NCBI RefSeq assembly: GCF_001194135.2
Contig: NC_068998.1
Coordinates: 46,673,596 to 46,737,595 of the forward strand
DNA: 64,000 nt
Direction: 5' to 3'
Source: Octopus bimaculoides
Lineage: Eukaryota
This document shows positions 50,061-62,772 of this stretch, piece by piece. Under the pieces are notes generated by a model. The model was not told the origin of the DNA and ran no database searches. It saw nothing but the letters and a program-made list of their open reading frames with translations. Each line of letters starts with the position of its first letter. The stretch's first letter is position 1. A program made the position numbers and the translations under genes.

Positions 50061-51410
50061 AATCTGCAAGTATTGCGTACATTGCTTGATTTAAATGTCT
50101 CAATAGTAATCTTGTGAAACTGGATTTACAAAACCCTAGAGGACGGACTGAATTTGGAAATAAGTACGAGTTACTAATAGAACTGTGTACGTATACAAAA
50201 TATTGCCGAAAAATATTGGAGTTTAAAATGTAATTTAGACATACGTGCATATAAATTGTTGACGGAAGCTGGAGATACGGAATTTGCGGATGTGGAAGAG
50301 ATGAAGAAAAGAAATGACGGAGGAATTAAAAGGCATCACTTTGCAAGAGTTCCAGCACTGTTTCGAATAGCAGAAAACGCTTCTGGACCGATGCTTTGCT
50401 TTAAATTGAGAATAATTTGAAGGCGGTAAAAATGTAAACATGTAAAACTAAATGAATAAAATAATATTGTATAATTCCAGTTTCCTTTGCAGCCCCCCCC
50501 CCGACTTCGTACATACATTCATACAAGCACATATACACACATACATACATATTTAGATAAATATATTCGTATAGCATAATGTAGTTGATGATGTATAACC
50601 TTTAAAGAAAGTTTTGGTTTTCGCTTGCAATACAAACGCTTTCTGTATCGGTNNNNNNNNNNNNNNNNNNNNNNNNNNNNNNNNNNNNNNNNNNNNNNNN
50701 NNNNNNNNNNNNNNNNNNNNNNNNNNNNNNNNNNNNNNNNNNNNNNNNNNNNNNNNNNNNNNNNNNNNNNNNNNNNNNNNNNNNNNNNNNNNNNNNNNNN
50801 NNNNNNNNNNNNNNNNNNNNNNNNNNNNNNNNNNNNNNNNNNNNNNNNNNNNNNNNNNNNNNNNNNNNNNNNNNNNNNNNNNNNNNNNNNNNNNNNNNNN
50901 NNNNNNNNNNNNNNNNNNNNNNNNNNNNNNNNNNNNNNNNNNNNNNNNNNNNNNNNNNNNNNNNNNNNNNNNNNNNNNNNNNNNNNNNNNNNNNNNNNNN
51001 NNNNNNNNNNNNNNNNNNNNNNNNNNNNNNNNNNNNNNNNNNNNNNNNNNNNNNNNNNNNNNNNNNNNNNNNNNNNNNNNNNNNNNNNNNNNNNNNNNNN
51101 NNNNNNNNNNNNNNNNNNNNNNNNNNNNNNNNNNNNNNNNNNNNNNNNNNNNNNNNNNNNNNNNNNNNNNNNNNNNNNNNNNNNNNNNNNNNNNNNNNNN
51201 NNNNNNNNNNNNNNNNNNNNNNNNNNNNNNNNNNNNNNNNNNNNNNNNNNNNNNNNNNNNNNNNNNNNNNNNNNNNNNNNNNNNNNNNNNNNNNNNNNNN
51301 NNNNNNNNNNNNNNNNNNNNNNNNNNNNNNNNNNNNNNNNNNNNNNNNNNNNNNNNNNNNNNNNNNNNNNNNNNNNNNNNNNNNNNNNNNNNNNNNNNNN
51401 NNNNNNNNNT

Positions 51411-51453
51411 ATACTCTTTTACTCTTTTACTTGTTTCAGTCATTTGACTGCGG

Positions 51454-51455
<2 letters not shown>
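51411..51455 (-). mobile_element. SINE family A, extreme 3' end
   Basis: tactctttactcttttacttgtttcagtcatttgactgcgg. Confidence 0.8.
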
Positions 51456-51493
<38 letters not shown>

Positions 51494-52222
51494 AGTTCTT
51501 TTTGTAATTTTGCAGGTTCACTTAACAACTTTTGAAGACAGACTTCCTGCATAGAATGCTTTCAGCATAGAGACACGATACATCTTCCCGAATCATATTC
51601 ACGTTCAATGTAACAAAGCCAGTCTTCTTAGTCAGAATCAACGAAATAGGCGCGTAGGTTAAAGACAGAGCGACAACACGGGTCATTACTACAATCCTTT
51701 AACGTATGCTTTATTTTCAAGAGTTGGCGATAAGAATTAGCTGTACTTATTGATTCCTTCTTATATATGATGTAAAGGAAAATCACATTTGTATTTGAGC
51801 GTAGGACCATTAGAGTAATCAATGCTTTATTAGTTTGTTTCATCTTAAAGACAACAGTTCGTTGTTACACGGACATGTTTGTAATGAATATAAGGAAAAC
51901 AGGTCCTAACATTTAACACCGGAGATGACAATGTTTACAAACACTGGTATAAAGAACGTTTCCTCATCTATTCATCAACATCTCTACGTACTTATTACCA
52001 GTGCATACATACATACATACATACATATATACATACATCCATGCATACATGCATACATATATACATACATACACACATTCACACATACATACATACATAT
52101 ATCTACTTAAATATACATATATACATATACGTGCACACACATATATTTACATATATTTACACACACACACACACACATATACTCACACGAAGGTAATTGT
52201 GTTTGTACGTGTGTGCAAGCGA

Positions 52223-52270
<48 letters not shown>

Positions 52271-52336
52271 GTGTGTGTGTGTATAATACATACAAGCATG
52301 CGTACATGTATATATATACATATGTGTATATAAGTA

Positions 52337-52372
<36 letters not shown>

Positions 52373-52393
52373 CACACACGCACACACACACAT

Positions 52394-52434
<41 letters not shown>

Positions 52435-53099
52435 CACATGCAGACAGACAAAGTGACATACGTTTTTTAAAGCGAACAAATGAACGAAGTGCACTTTACA
52501 TTGTGTGAAGTGTAATCATATTTGTTCATCTGAAAGCCGTATGCAATCTCAGCTAATATAAGTTTATATACACTCTGCTTCTTATATTGAGTTACATGTC
52601 TGCTGTTCGTAAAACTAAACCTGCCCACCCACACACACAACACACACACACACACTCACACACAGAGGCTCTTTCTCACACACACACAAATACACACACG
52701 CGCGCACACAGACATTCGGTTTAATGAAACTACGCTTTGAAACGCAGAAAAATACTTGTATACATAAAGTAGAATATGTAACTATGGCTTTCATGCATTT
52801 GTAATTATTCATACAATTGGATTTGAGAAGTAGCGTGACAATATATAAGTACGAATATTTACAAATACATCAAAATATGAATAGTCAATAATACACCGAG
52901 ATATGACTGGTAGCCGAAAAGTTTCTTAAAGAACGCATCATGCATTGAAAAATTGAGAGAGAGAGAGGGGGAGAGAGAGAAAGAAAGAGAGAGAGAAGAG
53001 AGATAGTGAAATAGAGAGAGAAAGTGAGAAGAATGGGTGTATCGAACCTTCAAGAATGATTAATGCAAGGTCACAACATTGAAAATTGAAAATTATTGA

Positions 53100-53460
53100 G
53101 GAAAAAGATTTCAACGAGTTTATATATGAGCAAATCATTGGTTGAAAAAACAAGTAAGAAATTCGATCAAGAAATAGCTCAAAATTTTAGTATTATTACC
53201 AAACTGTGAATCACATTGTTAATGGGATTGGTTGATGTTTTTGACAAGATAGAAGGGGCAGTTCACAGGAAAGTTCTGTAACATAGACGTGTAATTGTCA
53301 AAGAAATTGCAAATTCTGTGAATATGCTACCATATTGTATAAAAGTAATATTATATAAGAACTTTTGATAGAAGTGAAAAGTTGTAAGGAAGAAGCCAGT
53401 GATTTCAAAAGTTAATATGATCAAAAACATCAGTTGAGTTAAAGGATTCTGCAATACGAA
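53100..53460 (+). mobile_element. Old mariner transposase relic (N-terminal HTH region)
   Basis: VHRKVL*HRRVIVKEIANSVNM...IKVILYKNF resembles the mariner RRxxVxEIAxxxGIS..IL motif; many stops. Confidence 0.5.
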
Positions 53461-55284
53461 GACAAGTTTTGGTCAATGATATGATAAAAATAGATTCTAC
53501 CAATTTTCCATTTCAAAGTAAGTATATGCGCGTGGTTGAAGAAAACTGAAAGATGGGAGCAGAATTATGTGCGCTTACATATATATGTATTTATGCATAA
53601 ATGTGTATGCAAACACACACACACACACTCACACACACACGCACACTCATGCACACACATGTACAATTACATTTAGGCAGAAATGTACACTTTAATGCAT
53701 GTGTTTACAATCACGCGCATACACATACTTAGATATACACTATGCATACACACTTGTAGCTCCTAACATACTCTTACAAACAATCACATACACATGCGTA
53801 CACATACACAAACATAAACATACATACACGCACACACGCACACACACACACACGTTCAGCATGATGAAAAAAAAATGCAGTAAAATTCCCAACAATAGTA
53901 ACAAAAATAAAGCGAGCCAATAAAACAAGAAGTAAGGCCTTATCGATAATCAGTGTGACTAAAGATGGCGCTAATATCGATTATCGATAAATGGTCACCC
54001 ATTGCCCTCGAACATTAACGGATTTCATTGTATTTCTCATTTTCCATGTTTGACGTCATATATGATATATCGTACCTCTACTTTGTAACGACCCCGTTGT
54101 TGTTCTTGTTGTTATTGTTTATTTCTTCCCGTCAACACTTATCTAGCAGGCCTTTCATCAGAGACAGCCAAACCGTGACCTTCCACTTTGACCCCAGAAC
54201 CATAGCACTCGAACGCTTCGATCTTTTCTAAGATAGCGAAGTTTGATTTGAAGGAAATCTAACTGCTATTTCTAGCCGTTTACTGAGCCGCCATGTCAAC
54301 CTAATCTTGAAGAAGCCTCTCACTTTCTCCTCATCTTTTTTGTTTTGCTTTTCACCGATATTTTCTTCTCCTTTCGTATGTCACCTTCACTTTCACTCAC
54401 ACGCTCCTCTCTTCCCCTGTTCTTTCCCCATACCTTCCGGATGAGACAATCATTTCAATGTCCCATTTGTCCCCTAAACACTTATCAAACATTGGTTTCC
54501 TATAAATATTATATAATGACATGCACAACATGCAGAAATCGATGAAATCCGAAGAAAGTACGCTTTTGCATAACAAAGCTATTCTGTAAGGGTGTCAGGT
54601 TCGTTAAGATAGCCTTGTCTTTTTGTATATGCTTTATTGGATATCGTTTCACTTTTACATTCGTTGATTCAACAATCACAATATATTGGTTTCATATAAA
54701 TATTTTATATAACGTTATAACAAGACATGCTGTAATCATGCAATTATGCAATTATATAGCGCGAACAATGAAACACTAAATCTATAAGACAAAAAACGAG
54801 GTAAGAAAACAACAATAAGAACAACAACATTAGCAATGATAACAATAACAACAGAATGAACATCACAGCTTGTGTAATAAGGTATTTTGCAACCGTGTAA
54901 TTTTTTTCTGTGTTTTGTCTTCTCTTGACGGTTTCTCTTCGATAGAACTGTTCAAATTTTCATCCGCCCTCGATGTATTTATAATACACTGCATTTGTAT
55001 TAGTTTTATACAAATGTCATATATTAACATAAAAAATATGGAAGTATGGCCACCATTGCTGACTTACTTCAAGTTCAAAAAGGCTCAGTGTTCGTTGGGT
55101 GCCGTCTCCATGACATTGAGTACTCCAGGTCAAAGCTATATTCACCGAAGGCGAATGAAATTTCATCTTTAGATGTTAAGTATATATCATTACACACACC
55201 CACGTGCGTGCGCGCGCACAAGCTGCATATATGAGAGATAAGGATAAAAGCATGTTTGTATCATAGTTCCTACGTGCATTTCAC

Positions 55285-55339
<55 letters not shown>

Positions 55340-55420
55340 CCTACGTATGTATGTATGTATCATTTTCTTTATTACCCACAAGGGGTAATATATGTATGTT
55401 TGTATGTGTGTATATATATA

Positions 55421-55567
55421 CGACGGGCTTCTTTCAGTTTCCGTCTACCAAATCCACTCACAAGGCTTTGGTCGGCCCGAAGCTATAGTAGAAGACACTT
55501 GCCCAAGGTGCCATGTAGTAGGACTGAGCCCGGAACCCTGTGGTTGGTAAGCAAGCTACTTACCACA
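55421..55567 (-). mobile_element. SINE family A, head only
   Basis: Near identical to 22601-22746. Confidence 0.92.
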
Positions 55568-55823
55568 TCCATCCATCTATCTAGTTTCTGTGCCCACTTC
55601 TCCTGGTAGGGACATGAGGTTAGAGTCCTCAGGCACCTCCTCCTCATTGTCGAATCAGAAACAACTATTATTTGTCTTCCCGGCTGGATTCTCAAGTTTG
55701 ACCAGCTAAAACACTGCGTATTATCCGGTTCTTGGTCTACCCTTAGATCTCCCGGTGGTTGACTATGCTTGAAGAATTCGTAATGCGATTCTTACTTGCG
55801 ACGTTTTAATCTCATGTTCGTAG

Positions 55824-56004
55824 TACGGAGAACTGTAACCCTTCAATGCGGAGAGGTAGTGGCTCGGCCAGGAGACATTCACTGATCTCAGACGTACGCA
55901 CCGTGTCGAATAACGGGAGGCAGAAGGCTGAATTGGATGCTACAACTGGAGGTACTGACACAGCAATGCCCCAGCTACAGCATTTGATCTTCAGAAGAGG
56001 AGAG
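55824..56004 (+). CDS. Candidate internal exon (181 nt, phase 2 to 0): TENCNPSMRRGSGSARRHSLISDVRTVSNNGRQKAELDATTGGTDTAMPQLQHLIFRRGE
   Basis: GC-richer unique island, 60 open codons, acceptor ttttaatctcatgttcgtag, donor GAG|gttagt. A competing minus-strand exon reading exists. Confidence 0.4.
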
Positions 56005-56562
56005 GTTAGTAAAAACGAAAAGAAGAAAAGAGAGAAAAAGAGAAAAGTCTAACACGTTATCTTCAATCCAGTATTCGTGAATGTTAAGCAATGGCCGAAA
56101 GAATACGATCGCGAATGTAAGCGGTAGGAATAGAATATACAGATGTATTGTATAATGCTATTCATAAAATATATCCTATTATTATATAATGTTATACATA
56201 AGATACAGCCTATGCTTAATGCTATAGAAATCGTAGGTAAGAGAGAAGTAAAGCGCAGAGACAAGCTGCGACATGAAATGAGAAATACAACCAGTCTTTA
56301 ACGAGGTACAATATTTATAACTGCTATCAGCTTTTGTCTGGGAAATGTTTTCTTTAGAAAATAAAACACAGCGGTTTTGTGCAATACATGGATTTGATGG
56401 AGTTGTACTTGATCATTGATATCATCCTCAATGTCTTAGGTACCTGTGGACAAGGAAAAAAAAAGCATCATCATCATCATCGTCGTCATCTTCATCGTTG
56501 TCGTCGTCGTTGTTGTCATTGTCGTTGTCATCAACGCCGTCCTTGTCGTCACCACCACCACC

Positions 56563-56681
<119 letters not shown>

Positions 56682-56843
56682 TAAAGCAGCGAGTTGGTAG
56701 AACCGTTAGCATGCCGGGCAAAATGCATAGCACCATTTCTCTCGTCCTTACGTTCTGAGTTCAAATTCCGCTGAGGTCTACTTTGCCTTTCATCCTTTCG
56801 GGGTCGATGAAATAAGTACCAGTTGAACACTAAGTTCGATATC
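56682..56843 (+). mobile_element. SINE family B, 3'-truncated
   Basis: GTTCTGAGTTCAAATTCCGCTGAGGTCTACTTTGCCTTTCATCCTTTCGGGGTCGATGAAATAAGTACCAG. Confidence 0.88.
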
Positions 56844-56909
56844 TCTACTTTACAAATTTATCATGTTTTCTCAACCATACTGTAGTATATTCAAATTACT
56901 TATGTGTAC

Positions 56910-56945
<36 letters not shown>

Positions 56946-58467
56946 CATCATAAATATAAGGGATTAGCAATTGAGTTGCTTCTCCAACATACTGAAAATT
57001 CAGAAACAGCAGTCAAAGAACTACTGATTCTAAACTACAAATTTTTCTCTAAAATGGATGGCGATATCTATGGCACACATNNNNNNNNNNNNNNNNNNNN
57101 NNNNNNNNNNNNNNNNNNNNNNNNNNNNNNNNNNNNNNNNNNNNNNNNNNNNNNNNNNNNNNNNNNNNNNNNNNNNNNNNNNNNNNNNNNNNNNNNNNNN
57201 NNNNNNNNNNNNNNNNNNNNNNNNNNNNNNNNNNNNNNNNNNNNNNNNNNNNNNNNNNNNNNNNNNNNNNNNNNNNNNNNNNNNNNNNNNNNNNNNNNNN
57301 NNNNNNNNNNNNNNNNNNNNNNNNNNNNNNNNNNNNNNNNNNNNNNNNNNNNNNNNNNNNNNNNNNNNNNNNNNNNNNNNNNNNNNNNNNNNNNNNNNNN
57401 NNNNNNNNNNNNNNNNNNNNNNNNNNNNNNNNNNNNNNNNNNNNNNNNNNNNNNNNNNNNNNNNNNNNNNNNNNNNNNNNNNNNNNNNNNNNNNNNNNNN
57501 NNNNNNNNNNNNNNNNNNNNNNNNNNNNNNNNNNNNNNNNNNNNNNNNNNNNNNNNNNNNNNNNNNNNNNNNNNNNNNNNNNNNNNNNNNNNNNNNNNNN
57601 NNNNNNNNNNNNNNNNNNNNNNNNNNNNNNNNNNNNNNNNNNNNNNNNNNNNNNNNNNNNNNNNNNNNNNNNNNNNNNNNNNNNNNNNNNNNNNNNNNNN
57701 NNNNNNNNNNNNNNNNNNNNNNNNNNNNNNNNNNNNNNNNNNNNNNNNNNNNNNNNNNNNNNNNNNNNNNNNNNNNNNNNNNNNNNNNNNNNNNNNNNNN
57801 NNNNNNNNNNNNNNNNNNNNNNNNNNNNNNNNNNNNNNNNNNNNNNNNNTGTGTGTGTGTGTGTGTGTGTGTGATTGTGTGTGAGTATGCACGAATGTGG
57901 TTCGAATGTACGTCTGGACATATACACGGGCACACACATATACATATATTATTTCTTAGCTATAACCAATAAGACCTCCCACTGTCATTTCCCAAAGCAC
58001 TGACGTTAACGATTATTGATATAGATGACACAAATCAGAATAGATGCGTGAGTCGAAATTGAATTTACACCGATATAATCACCGCCTTTTCCTTGACCAA
58101 CTTGTTCCATTTTCTCAGCATTTTTCTGATTCCATGACATACCATTCTCTACGGAAAGGTAATAATAATTTCTTTCAATCTTAACTGTCCTTCAACACGT
58201 TCTCAACAATATTGATTTATTTAGAACAGTAATGCAGACGTCAATACGTGTTGTATAAGTTGTTCCACAGTATGGTGGCGTGACTCAGTAGAGCATATAG
58301 AAAATATGAGTTGAATTATGATATGGGGTTTGTGAGTGTGTAATATATGCGTAGAACATATGTCGTCTGGATTGACTTGCGGCTAAAAAGGCAAACGGGA
58401 CGGACGACAACAGCGTATTTCATGATTGCCACTTACAAATCAGGGCAGTGCTCATGGAATTTGGACT

Positions 58468-58618
58468 AGCTGTGTGGTAAGTAGCTTGCTTACGAAGCAC
58501 ATGGCTCCGGGTTCAGTCCCACAGCGTAGCATCTTGGGCAAGTGTCTTCTACTATAGCCTCGGACCGACCAAAGCCTTGAGAGTGGATTTGGTAGACGGA
58601 AACTGAAAGAAGCCCGTC

Positions 58619-58684
<66 letters not shown>

Positions 58685-58744
58685 GTGTGTATATGTTTGT
58701 GTGTCTGTGTTTGTCCCCCCAACATCGCTTGACAACTGATGCTG
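58468..58744 (+). mobile_element. SINE family A, head + microsatellite + part of tail, cut at the mariner end
   Basis: AGCTGTGTGGTAAGTAGCTTGC...GAAGCCCGTCGT(AT)n...CAACATCGCTTGACAACTGATGCTG. Confidence 0.92.
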
Positions 58745-59678
58745 AGATCAAATTCCGTAAGTATCCGGACTGTTGCCATAGTAACGAAACTAAAGCACGC
58801 AGATTAAAGACGCTTAGGACGGATTGACCTTAAACTCTAGTGTGCATGCGCACTACGTTTTAACGTTCTAGCTCACTTCCATTGGTTACAGCCGTGCTTG
58901 GAAGGAACGTGTGTAGTATGTGATCGCCGCATTGAACATGACAGAGGAACTTTAGCAGAGAATCTGCATCAAATTTTGCCAAAAGCTTGGCGATACCTGC
59001 TCAGAGGCTCAGAGGCCCAGAGGCCCAGAGGCTCAGAGGCCCAGAGGTCCAGAGGCTCAGAGGCCCAGAGGCCCAGAGGCTCAGAGGCCCAGAGGCTCAG
59101 AGGCCCAGAGGCTCAGAGGCCCAGAGGCTCAGAGGCCTACGCAAAATTTTCAAAAAGTTTTCGTCGTTCTCGACACAAGGAGATCTTGTGCAACTGAAAC
59201 CCGAGAGTCTTTTTAGTTAGCTGAAAGCAGTTTTGGCACAAACTTGGCAGACAGGCTTCTCATACCTAAATCTTCAGCGATAATGGACTGAACTGAACCG
59301 TAACTAATATGTACATCCTCTGATAACTCACGGATGCAATGTTTTTCTCAGTTCTGCTGGTTGCGGGTCTCCCAGAACGTTCGTCAATATCGACATTTTT
59401 TCGGCCATCTTGGAAACGTCTGAACCACTCGTACACTTGTGTGCGGCTCATACACTCCTCTCCATACTCTTTCTGCAACTTTGCGTAGGCCTCTGAGCAG
59501 GTGTCACCATGTCCCTTCCAAGCACTGCTGTAAACAGCGGAAGTGGGCTAGAACGTTAAAATTTAGTGCGCATGCTCAGAAGAATTCAATTTCAATTTAT
59601 GTCCAGCGGCTTTACGCTGCGTGCTCTAGCTTCGTTACTATGACAACAGTCCGGATTACTTATTGATCAGACCTCGTA
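58745..59678. mobile_element. Non-autonomous mariner made of two inverted 5' halves (left arm + 58745-59145, right arm - 59146-59678)
   Basis: Right end TA-CGAGGTCTGATCAATAAGTAATCCGGACT. Left arm encodes MTEEL*QRICIKFCQKLGDTCSE; right arm encodes GDTCSEAYAKLQKEYGEECMSRTQVYEWFRRFQDGRKNVDIDERSGRP...SAKFVPKLL. Confidence 0.88.
59000..59135. repeat. 17 x 8-bp tandem repeat C(T/C)CAGAGG inside the mariner left arm
   Basis: Counted directly; the right arm has a single CTCAGAGG at the homologous site. Confidence 0.95.
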
Positions 59679-59775
59679 TATAAACATGCATACACACACT
59701 CGCGCGGGAACACGCACACGAAAACACACACATACATACACACAAGGTATGTATGTATGTATGTATGTATGTATG

Positions 59776-59806
<31 letters not shown>

Positions 59807-59947
59807 GACTGAAAAAAAAAATGATTGAAAAATATTTTCTGTAATTAAATTACGCGAAAGTTCAAACGTAGAAACATTTTATTAGCGTCAAATATTCATG
59901 GATATCACTCTTATCACAGACTACACACACGCTTATATATGTATATA

Positions 59948-59997
<50 letters not shown>

Positions 59998-60353
59998 CAT
60001 ACATATATATGCACACACATATACGTACGTCTGAAGGGGATCTCATGATATATACGGATAATAACTTGATACTATAATTGGTTTAGTAACCAATCAAAAA
60101 ATTGTTTTTTTTTTTTCATGAAACCAATTTTGATGTTTGTGTTGTTGCTGTTGTTGTCAATGTTGTTGATGAGGATAATGATGATGGTAATAATGATGAT
60201 GACAACGACGACGACGACGATGATGATGATGGTGATGATGATTGATGATGATGACGATGATGATGATGCTTGCGATGGTGATGTTCTTGTCTGTATTTAC
60301 CGTTGATATTTTGAATCGAATATATTTCCTGTTCTTGTCATTGCTACTGTTAT

Positions 60354-60500
60354 TACTCTTTTACTCTTTTACTTGTTTCAGTCATTTGACTGCGACCACG
60401 CTGGAGCACCGCCTTTTTTAGTCGAGTATATCGACCCCAGGACTTATTCTTTGTAAGCCTAGTACTTATTCTATCGGTTCTTTTGCCGAACCGCTAAGTT
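60354..60500 (-). mobile_element. SINE family A, 3' third
   Basis: tactctt..tacttgtttcagtcatttgactgcg...gccgaaccgctaagtt. Confidence 0.92.
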
Positions 60501-60530
60501 GAAAATAGTAGTCAAGTCTTTCTCAAACTA

Positions 60531-60658
60531 CAGGGTGTCCACAAAGTCTGGGTACATGGGGAATTAACACATACTTTAAGGAATTATTATTTCTTATATT
60601 TAATTGTTTATGTTAGGATTTTATTTACTCCATGTACCCAGACTTTGTGGATACCCTG
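60531..60658. mobile_element. 128-bp Tc1/mariner-type MITE, 29-bp TIRs (1 mismatch), TA target-site duplication
   Basis: TA|CAGGGTGTCCACAAAGTCTGGGTACATGG ... CCATGTACCCAGACTTTGTGGATACCCTG|TA. Confidence 0.9.
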
Positions 60659-61012
60659 TACATCCTATCGTCTCAAAATGAAAGTCAGATTATAGGTGAT
60701 GTAGTGCTAAGAAGCAACCACATTATCCAAACCTCACATAATATTTGGTCAGTCACTCCAGCCATTCCCGCACTCTACTGCTTTCTCAACTGATAATTGG
60801 AAATGTCGAGATAATACTTTTCCGAAAAATCTCAACAAAAAACATCAACATAGACGTTTTAACATTCGCAACAGCAGCAACAACAACAAAAGCAACAATA
60901 ACTAATATAACAAAATCGGTAATAGAGGCATCAAACATAGCAACAACAACAGTGACAACTGCAACAATAACAACTATGAACTAAGGTTTCCCCTCCAAAC
61001 ACACACACACAT

Positions 61013-61057
61013 GCACACAGAGTCGCACACAGAGTCGCACACAGAGTCGCACACAGA
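61013..61057. repeat. 12-bp tandem repeat (GCACACAGAGTC) x about 3.5
   Basis: Read directly. Confidence 0.85.
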
Positions 61058-61289
61058 TACGTACAAATAGAACGTCCCCTCCCCTAACATTCTAAACCCA
61101 ATTAAATTCGGAATAGAATGGGGCGGGGGGAAGCTGAATATAATTATTCATCAAAGAACATGTTGGACATTTTTCAGCTGTGAATTCTGACCATTTTCTA
61201 AAGAGACAATTTCTTCAGCTTCTGAAGGAACAAACCACAAGACATCGCCTTAATAATCAATATTGACAGATAACAGGACATTTTCGTGG

Positions 61290-61750
61290 AGGTGATGATG
61301 GTGGGGGTGGGGGNNNNNNNNNNNNNNNNNNNNNNNNNNNNNNNNNNNNNNNNNNNNNNNNNNNNNNNNNNNNNNNNNNNNNNNNNNNNNNNNNNNNNNN
61401 NNNNNNNNNNNNNNNNNNNNNNNGGTTTTGTTGGTGGTTATAGTGGTGGTGAAGGTGGTGGTGGCGATGGAGGTGTTGGTGGTAGTGGTGATGGTGGTGG
61501 TAGTAATAGTGGTGATTGGGGTAGTGGTTATAGTGGTGGTGGTGGTAGTGGTGGTGGTGGTGGTGAAGGTGGTGGTGGTGATGGTGGTGTTGGTTGTAGT
61601 GGTGATGGTGGTGGTTTTGTTGGTGGTTATAGTGGTGGTGAAGGTGGTGGTGGCGATGGAGGTGTTGGTGGTAGTGGTGATGGTGGTGGTTGTGTTGGTG
61701 GTGGTAACAGTAGAGGTGATGATAGGGGTAGTGTTTGTGGGGGGTCCTAT
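61290..61750. repeat. (GGT)n-derived array with an exact 78-bp internal duplication (61424-61501 = 61613-61690)
   Basis: Read directly; reads Gly-rich on + and Thr-rich on -. Confidence 0.85.
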
Positions 61751-61763
61751 TGGACAGGACCGT

Positions 61764-61796
<33 letters not shown>

Positions 61797-61797
<1 letters not shown>

Positions 61798-61960
61798 GAT
61801 GAGTTTCTTTCAATTTTTCTGTCTACCAGATTCAATCACAAAGCTTTGGTCAGCCTGAGGCTGTACTAGAAGACACTTGCTCAAGGTGCCACGCAGTGGG
61901 GCTGAACCCGGAACCATGTGGTTGGGAAGCAAGCTACTTACCATACAGCTACGCTGGCGC
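61797..61960 (-). mobile_element. SINE family A, head only
   Basis: tctaccagattcaatcacaaagctttggtc...gaagacacttgctcaaggtgccacgcagtgggg...agcaagctacttacc. Confidence 0.88.
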
Positions 61961-62729
61961 CTGTACAGGAGTTTATTTTTTAATTTTATTTAGTAATCAA
62001 GGATTAAAAAAATAAAAAGTGATCTGCCTCAGTAAACTTGCCGAGATACGAGAACCGCGGAAGCAACCAAGCAAACAGATTGGACAAAATCAGACTTCCA
62101 CATAATTTTATGTATATCTGGCCGGACAAACTAGTTTAATGGTGATGGTGGCGGGTGGGATAACCGTGGTAGAATTGGTGGCAGCTGTGTACAAAATATT
62201 GCCAGACACCATAATATATCTCCATGGAAAGTATTCATAATCGCAGACAAATATTATTTTCGTTTCGATTCTATTCAAAACTACCGTTATCTTTCCTTTT
62301 CATTCATCTCCAATGTCAATATTACAATTGTCTATAGAAACGGCAAGTTCAATTATTTTTGAAGAGGAATGAATTTCGGACTCGCAGTCATACAGTTCTC
62401 TTTCTTAGATCTTTGACTTAATATGGAAGCAGCAGACCAATTTTGTTGCGTTTCCAATGTCAATGATATTATTGGGAAGAATTTTTGTTTTCTAAACGGA
62501 ATATTTTAGATGTCTCGTTGCCTCTGTGTGTATATATGTGCATGAGCGTGTGCGTGTGTGTGTGTGTTTGTGTATGGGTGTGTATGTGTATGTGTGTGTT
62601 TTTTGTGTGTCCAACTGTCTATGTGTATCTCAATCTGTGTGTCTATGTTTTTCACTGTAAGTGTATGCGTGTGTCTATATATATGTAATCTATGCATCGT
62701 GATGTATGCCTCATTGTTTTTCTCTGTGT

Positions 62730-62772
<43 letters not shown>

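Noticed and set aside
51517-51610. Strong acceptor ttttgtaattttgcag
   Set aside because: All three frames hit stops within 13 codons.
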